Source of the DNA: an uncultured Candidatus Saccharibacteria bacterium
GTDB taxonomy: Bacteria; Patescibacteriota; Minisyncoccia; Phycocordibacterales; Zambryskibacteraceae
Length of the DNA stretch: 64,000 nt
Assembly: GCA_964642835.1 (NCBI GenBank)
Contig: CAZXQA010000002.1
Coordinates: 11,875 to 75,874, forward strand
Direction of reading: 5' to 3'
Below the pieces are notes generated by a model. That model did not search any database. It was not told the origin of the DNA and worked only from the letters and a program-made list of their open reading frames with translations. A program made the translations under genes and the position numbers. This document shows, in pieces, positions 20,491-29,981 of this stretch; within the stretch, counting starts at the first letter, position 1, and each line of letters starts with the position of its first letter.

Positions 20491-20710
20491 GAAAAATAAA
20501 AACTCGTCGCTGAGCAGAAATAATTCTGCGCAAGGACGAGTTTTCACCCGTGGTACCACCTTGATTTTTACCCGCCTTTGGCGGGGCTTCTCATTCACAG
20601 CTATACCGGGCTTACCCGTCGGGTTCTACACAGCTTTCGCCTTTCTTCCCGAAGCTTGCCCGCCGCTCTTTCTGGCGGGCTTGGGAGTGATTAGTTCCCT
20701 TAACGCGTAT
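20491..20710 (-). promoter_or_regulatory. T-box riboswitch leader of ileS
   Basis: AAGGTGGTACCACGG T-box (20548-20562), CTCGTCC antiterminator partner, terminator AAAACTCGTC...GACGAGTTTTT, ATC specifier in a 5' hairpin. Confidence 0.88.
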
Positions 20711-20722
20711 GCACCCACTATA

Positions 20723-22270
20723 TCACATTCGCTCAGGCGCCGGAATACCGAGCACCGTGAGGCCGTTTTTCATTACTTGTTTGAAGGCCTTGGTGACGGC
20801 GAGGTTATGCGCATCTTCTGCAATTCTCTCGTGTGCATAGAAGTTATTAAAGGCTGAGGCTAGTTCGGTGAGATAGGTCACGATGTAGTTCGGCGCGTAT
20901 TCTGCACCGGCGCGCTCAATGATTTCTGGGAATCGGTAAAGCAACTTTTCAATAAGTCGCACGTCTTCTTCCCCTCTCCTTACGTCTAGGAGAGGGGTTG
21001 GGGTGAGGTTTGATTTCTCAATCACTGAACAAGCGCGCGCATAGGCGTACTGGAGATACACCCCCGAGTCACCTTCGGTGGAAACCGATTTCTCGAAGTC
21101 GAAAATAATATCCTGCCCGATCCCTTGGCGAAGGATCATGTACTTCACCGCGGCAATGGCGACCCGCTCATCGCCCTTCACATGTTGCTTCACTTCCTCA
21201 ATGAGAGATTCCGCGGTAATGATATTCCCCGTGCGTGAGCTCATCTTCCCGGTCGGAAGGCGGAGCATGCCGTGCGGGAGGTGCTTGGTCTTTGTAGCGA
21301 GGTCTGGGTAAATCAAACCAAGTGCCGCGAGCATGACGCGGAAGTAATCCTTGATCTCATTCCCGGTTACTACTACTGAGAGATCGTACGGGTAGGTATC
21401 ATATTTGTTCTTCGCGTTCCCTAAGTCCTTCGCCTCATACGTTGGGATACCTTGGGAGTTGATGAAGACGCGAGTGTGAAGAGAGGGATCAACGTTCTCA
21501 CCCTTAAAGACGATGGCACCGTCTGACTCTTCGAAGACCTTCCCCACATTTTCTCTTACAATCTTCTCCCCGATCGGCGCCGTGTCAGATTCGAAGAAGT
21601 AATAATCGAAGTGGCTCCCGAGTCTCTTGTACATCTCTTCAAAGGCCGCGAGACTTACTTGCTTCCCTTTTTCATACACGGTATTTACCTCCGCGTCAGT
21701 GCCTGCGTAAATTGTTTTGTTAAGCGCTTCGATCTCTGCCTTGGCACTCAAGTCTTCCTCATAGGCCTTACTGCCCGCCGCGTAAGCTTCTTTCTCTGGC
21801 ACGCCTTTAAGCATCGCGTATACAGCCTTCGCCACATGCAGACCCTTGTCGCCTTGGTAGTTAGCCTGCTTCACCTCTGCCCCGTTCCACGCGATAATTC
21901 GCGCGATAGTTGAGCCGATAACGTTTGGCATCAGGTGACCGATATGAAATTCCTTAAATGGGTTAGGGTCGGTATGCTCGACCATGACCTTATATCCCTT
22001 CACGTGCGCACCCTTCCCGAACTCATCCCCCTTCTCGATAATCTCTTCCGCGCTATTTTTGAAAAATGTTTTCGAGAGATAGATATTGATAAACCGACCG
22101 CTCGCAAGTTCGAGCTTCTCGATTTCATCCACATGCGCTAGCTCGAGCTTCGCGAGGTCTTCTGCCGCCGTCTTCACGTCCGCGATAATCGTATAATCGC
22201 CATTCTTAATATCCTTGGGGTGCACCAAGGTGATCTTCCGACCTAAAATTGCTTCGAGTTTTTCTTTCAT
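20723..22270 (-). CDS. argS: Arginine--tRNA ligase
   Basis: PNPFK.FHIGH, KMSSRTGN, YLQYAYAR, L..LGI.APERM. Confidence 0.96.
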   Translation of the reverse strand: MKEKLEAILGRKITLVHPKDIKNGDYTIIADVKTAAEDLAKLELAHVDEIEKLELASGRFINIYLSKTFFKNSAEEIIEKGDEFGKGAHVKGYKVMVEHTDPNPFKEFHIGHLMPNVIGSTIARIIAWNGAEVKQANYQGDKGLHVAKAVYAMLKGVPEKEAYAAGSKAYEEDLSAKAEIEALNKTIYAGTDAEVNTVYEKGKQVSLAAFEEMYKRLGSHFDYYFFESDTAPIGEKIVRENVGKVFEESDGAIVFKGENVDPSLHTRVFINSQGIPTYEAKDLGNAKNKYDTYPYDLSVVVTGNEIKDYFRVMLAALGLIYPDLATKTKHLPHGMLRLPTGKMSSRTGNIITAESLIEEVKQHVKGDERVAIAAVKYMILRQGIGQDIIFDFEKSVSTEGDSGVYLQYAYARACSVIEKSNLTPTPLLDVRRGEEDVRLIEKLLYRFPEIIERAGAEYAPNYIVTYLTELASAFNNFYAHERIAEDAHNLAVTKAFKQVMKNGLTVLGIPAPERM

Positions 22271-22693
22271 TTATTTTCCCGTACTACCGAACCCTCCTTC
22301 CCCACGAACAGTGTCAGAGAGCTCACTCACTTCTACAATCTCCAGACTCTCCACTTTCTGAATAAGCATCTGCATCACCTTCTCTCCTTGGCGGAAGGTG
22401 TAAGGCTCGGTGCCGAGGTTCAGCACTCCCAGTATAAGCTCTCCGCGGAATCCCGCATCAATGACGCCGCCCAAAACTTTAAGCGAGTGATTCATGGAGA
22501 GCCCGCTCTTGTCCCAGCAGAGCCCCACATAACCCATGGGAATCTCCATCGCCACCCCACTTCGCACGCGGCCAACCTTCCCCGCCTCAATCGTCACCTC
22601 CTCAGCGGCATAGAGATCCATCCCCGCGTCGCCTAAGTGAGCATACGACGGCACCTTCGCCTTAGGGTGGAGTTTTTTCACATTAAGAATCAT
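22271..22693 (-). CDS. dut: dUTP diphosphatase
   Basis: GDAGMDL, KSGL, GVIDAGFRGE, RGEGGFGSTG. Confidence 0.97.
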   Translation of the reverse strand: MILNVKKLHPKAKVPSYAHLGDAGMDLYAAEEVTIEAGKVGRVRSGVAMEIPMGYVGLCWDKSGLSMNHSLKVLGGVIDAGFRGELILGVLNLGTEPYTFRQGEKVMQMLIQKVESLEIVEVSELSDTVRGEGGFGSTGK

Positions 22694-22712
22694 GGCCCCA
22701 TCATAACAATTA

Positions 22713-22736
22713 AGACCGCCTCTTTCGAGGCGGTCT
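22713..22736. terminator. Hairpin, probable terminator
   Basis: AGACCGCCTC-TTTC-GAGGCGGTCT. Confidence 0.6.
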
Positions 22737-22750
22737 ACGTTTAAAGAAGG

Positions 22751-23440
22751 TTACTTCCGCATCTTGTCCGCCATGAGACGGACGCGCTGCGGATCGAGTT
22801 CAGTGTGCGAATGGCTCACCCCTGTCGCCACGAGGAAGAAATCGACGTGATCGAGGAATGGGTCGACGTTCTCCGGAGTAATACCGCTTGCGATAGCAAT
22901 CGGCACGTCAGGAACAGCTTCCCGCATGGTGACTATCTTCTCGAGAGTAGGCGGACTCCCCGTGCGAGGGCCGCTCGTCGTCACAACATCTCCAAAATGA
23001 GACATTGTTTCCGTGACGCGAGACAGATTCTTCGCCGCCCGCTGATACTTGAAATCAACAGGGGCAAATGTGAGCCCTCTGTACCCCAAGGCCTTGAGGG
23101 TGCCGCGGATCTTCATGGGCGTATCGATATTGTCGATGCGCTCCGAACCACCTTCGACACACTCCATGTCATCAAACCAAATCCCCGAAGAATTCCACGC
23201 TTCCGACAGTAGGTCGATCGCCTGCAGAGGATGGATGCCAAGGAAGTTCAGCCCAATGAAGTACTGGGCTCCCATGGTTTGATCCACCTTGGCATACACG
23301 TCGACCAGCGCTTTTGCCGAAATCTCGTGATTGATGAGAAAGACGCCATGGGCTCCCTCTTGAACAGCGATAGCCACATTCTCCAAAACTTGCCGCTTGT
23401 TCACGGCATGCACAACGATAAGCAACTTATTTGTACGCAT
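22751..23440 (-). CDS. BtpA/SgcQ-like TIM-barrel protein
   Basis: DFKYQ, DVVTTSG..TG, ASGITPENV, DFFLVATG. Confidence 0.7.
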   Translation of the reverse strand: MRTNKLLIVVHAVNKRQVLENVAIAVQEGAHGVFLINHEISAKALVDVYAKVDQTMGAQYFIGLNFLGIHPLQAIDLLSEAWNSSGIWFDDMECVEGGSERIDNIDTPMKIRGTLKALGYRGLTFAPVDFKYQRAAKNLSRVTETMSHFGDVVTTSGPRTGSPPTLEKIVTMREAVPDVPIAIASGITPENVDPFLDHVDFFLVATGVSHSHTELDPQRVRLMADKMRK

Positions 23441-23488
23441 CAGGTACCCCCTTTTCTAAAGCCAGAATACGGTTCTTCATAGATAAAA

Positions 23489-23518
23489 GCAAAGCCCCCG
23501 CGTACGTGGGGGCTTTGC
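23489..23518 (-). terminator. Terminator after rplK
   Basis: GCAAAGCCCCCGCG/CGTGGGGGCTTTGC hairpin with T run on the minus strand. Confidence 0.75.
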
Positions 23519-23541
23519 GAATATAAAACGAGGGGGTGAAA

Positions 23542-23964
23542 TTACTTCACGTCGACACCCATGTTCCGAGCCGTACCAGCGATGATCTTTGCAGCAGCAT
23601 CGAGGTCATTTGCATTGAGGTCAGGCATCTTCTTCTCGGCAATTTCGCGAATCTTCGCCATCGAGAGCGAGCCGATCTTCGAGGTGTTCGGAGTACCGGA
23701 ACCCTTCTCCTTGCCCAAGGCCTTGAGGATAAGAGCGGAAGCCGGTTCGACCTTGTAGGTCATCTTATAGGTGCGGTCTTCGTAGACTTCGACCACGGTC
23801 GGCACGGTCTCGCCGCGACGATCCTTGGTCTCGTCGTTAAAGCGCTTTACGAACTCACCGATGTTAATGCCGGCAGAACCGAGCACAGGACCCAGCTGTT
23901 GACCCGGCACTGCCGCGCCGCCAGGGACCTGAAGCTTCAAGATTTTGGTAACTTTCTTAGCCAT
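23542..23964 (-). CDS. rplK: 50S ribosomal protein L11
   Basis: KLQVPGGAA.P...LGP.LG..GINI..F, KMPDLNA, IAGTARNMG. Confidence 0.98.
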   Translation of the reverse strand: MAKKVTKILKLQVPGGAAVPGQQLGPVLGSAGINIGEFVKRFNDETKDRRGETVPTVVEVYEDRTYKMTYKVEPASALILKALGKEKGSGTPNTSKIGSLSMAKIREIAEKKMPDLNANDLDAAAKIIAGTARNMGVDVK

Positions 23965-23983
23965 ATTAGTGCGTTACAATACC

Positions 23984-24529
23984 TTACGCTTTCTTAACTT
24001 GCAAGAAGTCGAGCTCAACTGGGGTCTCGCGACCGAACATGTTGACCAAGACCTTCACCTTCCCTCTTTCCTCATCGATCTCGGAAACCTTACCCTCCAA
24101 GTCCTTGAACGGGCCATCGACAATAAGGACCGCGTCGTGCTCGGTGAGGTTAATAGTGTGGGTCACCTTGTCCGCGTTCATGCGGGCGAAGAGCGCGTCC
24201 ACTTCCTTCTTCTCGATCGGCACTGGGAAGACACCGGAGCCCACGAAACCCGTCACGCGAGGGGTATTTCTCACGACATACCATGAATCATCGGTCACGA
24301 TCATGTCGACCAAGATGTAGCCCGGGTAGATCTTCTCTTCTTCCTCGACGCGTTTGCCGCCCTTGATCTTCACCTTCTTTTCCGTCGGGACAATCACGTT
24401 GAAGATCTTGTCTTCCATACCCAAGGATTCGATGCGCTGCTTCAAATTGCGCTGGACCGCGTTCTCATAGCCTGCGTAGGTGTGAACGACGTACCAATTC
24501 CTGCCTTCGGAGATTTGCTGTTTGGACAT
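23984..24529 (-). CDS. nusG: Transcription factor NusG
   Basis: WYVVHTYAGYE, YPGYILV, TPRVTGFVG, FGRETPVEL. Confidence 0.98.
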   Translation of the reverse strand: MSKQQISEGRNWYVVHTYAGYENAVQRNLKQRIESLGMEDKIFNVIVPTEKKVKIKGGKRVEEEEKIYPGYILVDMIVTDDSWYVVRNTPRVTGFVGSGVFPVPIEKKEVDALFARMNADKVTHTINLTEHDAVLIVDGPFKDLEGKVSEIDEERGKVKVLVNMFGRETPVELDFLQVKKA

Positions 24530-24544
24530 GGGCGTAAGCTAAAC

Positions 24545-24727
24545 TTAAATAATAAATTTCTGAAGAATAAGGGAGAAGAGGTAGTCGAAGAAGCCGAGGA
24601 ATACAGCCGTGAGGATAGAGACCACCACCACGACGGCGGTAAAGGCGGCCGCCTGACGACGGGTTGGCCACGACACGTGAGTAAGCTCGGCGCGCGTATC
24701 CTTGATGTAGTTGATGAACGTGTTCAT
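24545..24727 (-). CDS. secE: Preprotein translocase subunit SecE
   Basis: EL..VSWP plus one TM; upstream of nusG. Confidence 0.95.
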   Translation of the reverse strand: MNTFINYIKDTRAELTHVSWPTRRQAAAFTAVVVVVSILTAVFLGFFDYLFSLILQKFII

Positions 24728-24803
24728 GGGGTGTGACTGGTCTATAAAAAAACACCTCGGGGGTGTTCTTTTATATTACTACGAATCGGAGACTCGTGCA
24801 ACC

Positions 24804-25571
24804 TTAACGGATTTCGTACATGACCGAGACGCTCACTTTGGTCTTGTTCTCCCCTGGCACGACGGTGGCAGTCTTGGACTGATCCATGGGAGCAGCGGCC
24901 GAAAGAGCGGCCTCGCGGTAGTACATTGGTTCAGATGGATTGTTGTAGTAGTACCCAACCACCTTTACGAGACGGACGCCGAGCTGCTTCGCGATGACTT
25001 CCGCGCGAGCGCGAGCGTCAGCGATTGCCTTACCCATCGCCTCATCCGCCACCTGCTTCGAATCATCGACGGTGAAGGAGAGCGAGGAAAGGTTGGTTAC
25101 GCCACTCTGACCGGCGGCGGCGAGAGCATCCCCTGCCTTGGCGGTGTCGCGAACCTTAACCGAAACGGAAGTGCTGACCGTATAACCGTCCTGCTTCTGA
25201 GGTGGGCAGTAACCGGCCATGCACGGAGTGTAAACATACTTCGGATAGACGCTGTAGTCGGTCGTCTTGACGTCCTTCTCATCAACACCAAGATTCTTCA
25301 TGGCGGCAAGAGTGGCATCAGTCTTCTTGGTAACGGCTTCCTGAGCGGCGGCAACAGAAGGAGCCTCCGAAGAGATTGTGAAGGAGAAGGTGGCAATATC
25401 AGGCACGGCGATGGCTTCCCCTTCACCCATGACGGTGATCGAGTTATAGCTCAATTCTGGATTCCGCAAGTCTTTCAACTTACCGAGCGTTACCACGGCG
25501 AGGAACACGACGAACGTAACAAGTGCGATACGGCCCCAACGATACATCTGGCTCATGTCTTGTGTTTGCAT
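24804..25571 (-). CDS. SIMPL domain (DUF541) protein
   Basis: ITV.GEGE...VPD.A, AIADARARAE.IA..LG, PGE.....V.V.YEI. Confidence 0.9.
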   Translation of the reverse strand: MQTQDMSQMYRWGRIALVTFVVFLAVVTLGKLKDLRNPELSYNSITVMGEGEAIAVPDIATFSFTISSEAPSVAAAQEAVTKKTDATLAAMKNLGVDEKDVKTTDYSVYPKYVYTPCMAGYCPPQKQDGYTVSTSVSVKVRDTAKAGDALAAAGQSGVTNLSSLSFTVDDSKQVADEAMGKAIADARARAEVIAKQLGVRLVKVVGYYYNNPSEPMYYREAALSAAAPMDQSKTATVVPGENKTKVSVSVMYEIR

Positions 25572-25596
25572 GCGCCTATTTTAGCACAAGCCTCCA

Positions 25597-26262
25597 TTAC
25601 AAATCGATCCGACTGCGCAAGGAACGGCTCTCACCGAAAGCGAGGTTGAACATAAGGATCGTAAAGCTCACCGACAGAAGACCCAACGCAATACCCGCGA
25701 GGATGTCGAGCGTCCAATGAGCACCTAGGTAAAGGCGGGAGAAAGCGGCTAAAAAGACTCCGAGGAAGGAGGTGGCGACGAGGATGATCTTGTTGCGCGT
25801 CGTCTTCACTTTATTGAAAAACGTGTACGAAAGAAGGAAGAAGAATGTCGTCGCAAGCGTTGTGTGCCCCGATGGGAAGCTCCACCCTTCCACGCTGTAG
25901 ATATCAGAAACCGGGCGACTGATCTGCAGCACGTTCTTGAGGACGGTGAGAGAAATGACGGAAACAATGAGCGAAGTGAGTAGGAGCACGGCGTCATATT
26001 TGTCTCGCTTCACAATAAGGACGATCGCGATGACGAAGGCCGCGGAGGCAAAGAGGAACGGATTGCCGATCTTCGTGATCGTCACCATGAGCGTCGTGAG
26101 AAGCGGGGTGCGAACGGCCACCATAGCGCTCTCGATTGCCGTGTTAAGTGGCAGAAGATCGCTACCCGAGAGCAGATCCTCAATAATAATCGCGAGGATA
26201 AGCCCTGAGATCATGTACACAATGAGAAACAAAATATTTTTCGCCCAGATCGGCAGTGACAT
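25597..26262 (-). CDS. PAP2 family phosphatase
   Basis: K.....SRP, SFPSGH, SRLYLGAHW..D; start at ATG 26262. Confidence 0.92.
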   Translation of the reverse strand: MSLPIWAKNILFLIVYMISGLILAIIIEDLLSGSDLLPLNTAIESAMVAVRTPLLTTLMVTITKIGNPFLFASAAFVIAIVLIVKRDKYDAVLLLTSLIVSVISLTVLKNVLQISRPVSDIYSVEGWSFPSGHTTLATTFFFLLSYTFFNKVKTTRNKIILVATSFLGVFLAAFSRLYLGAHWTLDILAGIALGLLSVSFTILMFNLAFGESRSLRSRIDL

Positions 26263-26281
26263 GGTATATAAGTATATCACT

Positions 26282-26803
26282 ATGCTCCCCCATTCATTCT
26301 TCGAAGACAAGACCCTCCAGGTAGCCAGGAAGCTTCTCGGCAAAACCCTCACGCGCCGTCTGGACGGGAAGCATATCCGTATGACGATTACCGAGACGGA
26401 AGCCTACGTGGGGCCTAAAGATTTGGCCTGCCACACCTCACACGGACGCACCAAGCGCAACGACCCCATGTACGGCCCGGCTGGTACGATCTACGTCTAC
26501 TTCACCTACGGCATGCACTGGATGCTCAACATTGTGACCGAGGGTGGCAAGGGCACGGCGATTCTTATCCGCGCCACCGAAGACGTGAAGGGTCCTGCCC
26601 GTCTGACAAAGGCCCTGCGAATCGACAAAAATCTAAATGGGAAAATGTTGGGTAAGAAATCTGGATTGTGGGTTGAAGAGAATCCCCACTCCAAGCGGCA
26701 AGCTAAAGGCTACAAACTCATCCGCACTCCGCGCATCGGCGTTACATATGCAAAGGAAGGTTGGGCCGAGAAGCCGTACCGGTTTGTGTTGAAAGAGAAA
26801 TAA
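26282..26803 (+). CDS. 3-methyladenine DNA glycosylase (MPG/AAG family)
   Basis: VARKLLGK, ITETEAY, YVYFTYGMH, GPARLTKAL, TPRIGV; start at ATG 26282. Confidence 0.94.
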   Translation: MLPHSFFEDKTLQVARKLLGKTLTRRLDGKHIRMTITETEAYVGPKDLACHTSHGRTKRNDPMYGPAGTIYVYFTYGMHWMLNIVTEGGKGTAILIRATEDVKGPARLTKALRIDKNLNGKMLGKKSGLWVEENPHSKRQAKGYKLIRTPRIGVTYAKEGWAEKPYRFVLKEK

Positions 26804-27055
26804 AAAAAGGCCGTCGCTTTGTGCAACGGCCCGAATTGGGGGGGGGAAATTTGTCAGAGCGGCTCACGTTTCGCTCTCAAGCCTTTTGGCTACCCTCAAA
26901 AGAATGGGTGCAGATGGTTCCTTTTGGATCCCTGCACTGAATAAATTGTACGAGTGTGAGCCACCCGCCAACCCAAGAGGAATTCCACCTCTTGTAAACT
27001 CATGAGAGGACCATACATGGCCACTTCAGGGAGGTTCCCTGCTCACGAATATCTA
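26802..27055 (-). ncRNA. Candidate structured non-coding RNA, family unknown
   Basis: TTGACA-N17-TAGTAT promoter (27089-27061), several hairpins, GC hairpin plus U7 terminator (26802-26831). Confidence 0.5.
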
Positions 27056-27095
27056 CACTGATACTAGCATACTCCGTTGCTATTGTCAAGGGACA

Positions 27096-28262
27096 TTATG
27101 CCTCCCCATTTTTACCCTTATTTTGAGGCTTTTTCTGCCAATACGTCTTCCCTTTCAACTTCTCGGGCAATAAATCTTCCCTGGTATATTTCTCGTAGCC
27201 TTTGTGATAGCCCAAATCTTTCATAAGTTTGGTCGGGGCGTTTCTGATCGACAGAGGGATCGGCAGATTCCCCTGCGTGCGGGCGTCTTCCATGGCCGCG
27301 AGATACGCGTAGTAGGCAGCTTTGGATTTGGGCGCGAGCGAGAGATAGATGACACCGTGCGAGAGGTTGATCCCGGCTTCGGGGTAGCCAATCGTCTCGA
27401 CCGCGCGGAAGACGGCATTCGCGAGCGGCAAAGCATGCGGATCTTCCATGCCGATATCCTCACTCGCGAAGATCACCATGCGTCGGGCGATAAATTTCGG
27501 TTCTTCCCCACTCTCAATCATGCGCGCGAGATAATAGAGAGCCGCGTCGGGTTGCGAAGCGCGCATACTCTTTATGAAAGCGGAGATGGTGTTGTAATGT
27601 TCATCTCCTTTTTTATCAAATCTAAGCCGAACATCGCCAAGCGTTTGCTCCACGCTCTTCACCGTCACTTCTCCATAGAGCTTCCGCGCATTCTCCACCA
27701 AGGCGAGGGCTTGGCGCGCGTCGCCGTTCGCGACGCGCGCGATGTACTCTCGCGTCTCCGCGGCCATCTTTACCTCCGCGCGGGAAATAATTTCTCCGAT
27801 TTCCTTCTCCGAGAGCTCGCGAAGCACGAAGACTCTCATGCGCGAGAGAAGCGCGGGAATCACTTCAAATGACGGATTCTCGGTCGTCGCACCGATAAGG
27901 GTAAGTGCGCCGCTTTCGACATACGGAAGGAGGAAATCCTGCTGCGCTTTGTTGAAGCGATGGATTTCATCGAGGAACAAAATTTTCGGCCCGAAGAGCG
28001 CTCCGCTTTTCTCGATAATATTTCTAATATCCTCCTTCCCCGCCGAGACCGCGGAGAGTTCGTGATAATCCGCGTTAAGTGACTTCGCATAGATGCGGGC
28101 GAGAGTTGTCTTGCCCGTACCGGGCGGACCCCAGAGCACGAAGGAGAAGAGATGCTTCTCCTCGATCGCCACGCGCAGGGGCTTCCCTTCGCCCACCAGC
28201 TCCTGCTGCCCCACGTATTGAGCGAGTGACTTCGGCCTCATTGTATTCGCGAGCGGTTCCAT
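27096..28262 (-). CDS. rarA: Replication-associated recombination protein A (MgsA/RarA)
   Basis: PLA..MRP, WGPPGTGKTT, DEIHRFNKAQQD, GATTENP, SEDIG. Confidence 0.96.
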   Translation of the reverse strand: MEPLANTMRPKSLAQYVGQQELVGEGKPLRVAIEEKHLFSFVLWGPPGTGKTTLARIYAKSLNADYHELSAVSAGKEDIRNIIEKSGALFGPKILFLDEIHRFNKAQQDFLLPYVESGALTLIGATTENPSFEVIPALLSRMRVFVLRELSEKEIGEIISRAEVKMAAETREYIARVANGDARQALALVENARKLYGEVTVKSVEQTLGDVRLRFDKKGDEHYNTISAFIKSMRASQPDAALYYLARMIESGEEPKFIARRMVIFASEDIGMEDPHALPLANAVFRAVETIGYPEAGINLSHGVIYLSLAPKSKAAYYAYLAAMEDARTQGNLPIPLSIRNAPTKLMKDLGYHKGYEKYTREDLLPEKLKGKTYWQKKPQNKGKNGEA

Positions 28263-28321
28263 GTCGGTATTCTACTCTTAAGACGTCTTAGCCTCTATCC
28301 CTTACTCAATAACCAACCACC

Positions 28322-28810
28322 ATGGCGAAATACAAAAACTTGCCCGACATGTTCACGATGAAGCTCCAAGCCCTCTACGATATTGAGACACATCTGGTGA
28401 AAGCGTTGCCAAAAATGGCCAAGGCCGCCATGGATCCCGTCCTTAAGGCCGCCTTTACCGACCACCTTGCCGAGACCAAGGAGCATGTGGTTCGTCTCCA
28501 GGAAGCCTTCGCTATCTTGGGTGAGAAGAAAAAGAAACTTACCGTCGATGCCATTAGAGGCCTCACCGCTGACGCGGGGTGGTGCATCGCTCATGTGGAA
28601 AAGGGCAACGCTCTCGACGCCGCTCTCATTGGCGCCGCGCGGTATGTCGAGCATTACGAAATGGCTGGCTATCTCGCCGCTCTCGAATGGTCCGATATCT
28701 TAGAGCAGAAGCCCGTCATGGCCCTCCTTGAGAAGACGCTCGCCGAGGAAGAAGGTGCCGACGACATTCTCGCCGAACTTGGCATCACGATTGCCGCAAG
28801 ACTTGTTTAA
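28322..28810 (+). CDS. Ferritin-like protein, YciE/YciF (DUF892) family
   Basis: LYDIE..LVKALPKM, HL.ET..HV.RL, VEHYEMAGY, TL.EE..AD. Confidence 0.9.
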   Translation: MAKYKNLPDMFTMKLQALYDIETHLVKALPKMAKAAMDPVLKAAFTDHLAETKEHVVRLQEAFAILGEKKKKLTVDAIRGLTADAGWCIAHVEKGNALDAALIGAARYVEHYEMAGYLAALEWSDILEQKPVMALLEKTLAEEEGADDILAELGITIAARLV

Positions 28811-29232
28811 CCGATTTTGTTGCCGAGACCCCAGACCTTGCCGGCTTGGAACGTCGCGAGGGTGAGGAGCCCGAAGATGTAGATAATGTGCTCATCGACG
28901 AGATAGCTGTGTTCCCCAACGTACGGGAAGTTCAATACGACGAAATAGTAAAGCACCATGAGAATCGCGCCGAGCACAGCCGAGAAGCGAACGAAAATAC
29001 CGAGGATAAGAGAGACGCCGAGGAGTGTGAGACCCCATTCGTTCACAAGATTAACGAGCGGCAAGATGTTCGGCTGAAGGAACCAAGCGAAGAAACCATG
29101 GAAGGTCTGCGCGCTCCCGATATATCCTGCGGCACTCCACGAGGAGTCGAGTACTTTGGTAATACCCGCGTAGAAAAAGAGCCAGCCCAAAGAAATTCGA
29201 AGGAAAAAAAGTGAAATATTTTGTGCGTTCAT
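28807..29232 (-). CDS. DoxX family membrane protein
   Basis: LRISLGWLFFYAG.TK, G.SLILG...R; start at ATG 29232. Confidence 0.85.
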   Translation of the reverse strand: MNAQNISLFFLRISLGWLFFYAGITKVLDSSWSAAGYIGSAQTFHGFFAWFLQPNILPLVNLVNEWGLTLLGVSLILGIFVRFSAVLGAILMVLYYFVVLNFPYVGEHSYLVDEHIIYIFGLLTLATFQAGKVWGLGNKIG

Positions 29233-29251
29233 GGCAATAGTATAACAGGAG

Positions 29252-29974
29252 TTAAATAAATTTTTTAAACCAAGAAACAGTTTCTTTGTAGAGCTTTTCT
29301 TGAGCGCCCACTTCCGTGAAGTTGTGGGACGCCCCCTTGATGATTGCAAGAGCCTTCTGCCCGGTAAGGGCCTTGAAAACTTTTCCCGCGGCCTTCCCAT
29401 TCCCCTTCTCCGCGCCAATCATTTTAATCGGACGATTAAATGTTTGAGCTAGTGGTATACCTTGAACTCGAGTCGATTCTTGAGCCATTTCTTCACCCAT
29501 AATAATGAAATAGCCACTATCAATGATACGCCCCTTCACGGGAGATTCAATGACCGGGAATTTCAAAAAGGCATCTTTGTACGGCAAATTCGACCCGTCC
29601 CAAGAAACCAGGGCATCGATCAATCCTGTTTTGGTGTGGAGAATCGAGGGGAAACCGTAACTGTGACCCGCGGCCATGATTTTCTTGACACCTTTTTTCT
29701 TAAGAAACTTCAATACCGTATCGATATCTTCTCCGTGCGTCTGAAGGGTGCATTCATGTAGCTTGCGGTGATTCTTTTTCCAAGAATAGAGATTGATCCG
29801 AAATACGGAGAACCCCTGTTTCGTGAAGTGCGAAACCGCATTCTGGTGAAGTGCTTCGTGCGCATAGCCAGAAAGCCCATGCACAAGTAATATGAGCGGC
29901 TTCTTCACATTGCCGTTCAGCATCCCTTCGATAAATTTCCCGTCTGGAGTCTTGATCTTGAAGGTTTGTTCCAT
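29252..29974 (-). CDS. Alpha/beta hydrolase
   Basis: LVHGL, GHSYG nucleophile elbow, GASHNF. Confidence 0.85.
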   Translation of the reverse strand: MEQTFKIKTPDGKFIEGMLNGNVKKPLILLVHGLSGYAHEALHQNAVSHFTKQGFSVFRINLYSWKKNHRKLHECTLQTHGEDIDTVLKFLKKKGVKKIMAAGHSYGFPSILHTKTGLIDALVSWDGSNLPYKDAFLKFPVIESPVKGRIIDSGYFIIMGEEMAQESTRVQGIPLAQTFNRPIKMIGAEKGNGKAAGKVFKALTGQKALAIIKGASHNFTEVGAQEKLYKETVSWFKKFI

Positions 29975-29981
29975 GAACTTC

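Noticed and set aside
20486-20533. N-terminal extensions in the ORF track (ileS; also 25937, 46459, 50141, 62130 starts)
   Set aside because: They overlap a riboswitch, a tRNA or neighbouring genes; downstream ATGs match the family N-termini.
26802-27055. tmRNA
   Set aside because: No GGGG 5' acceptor strand, T-arm or CCA end is visible on either strand.
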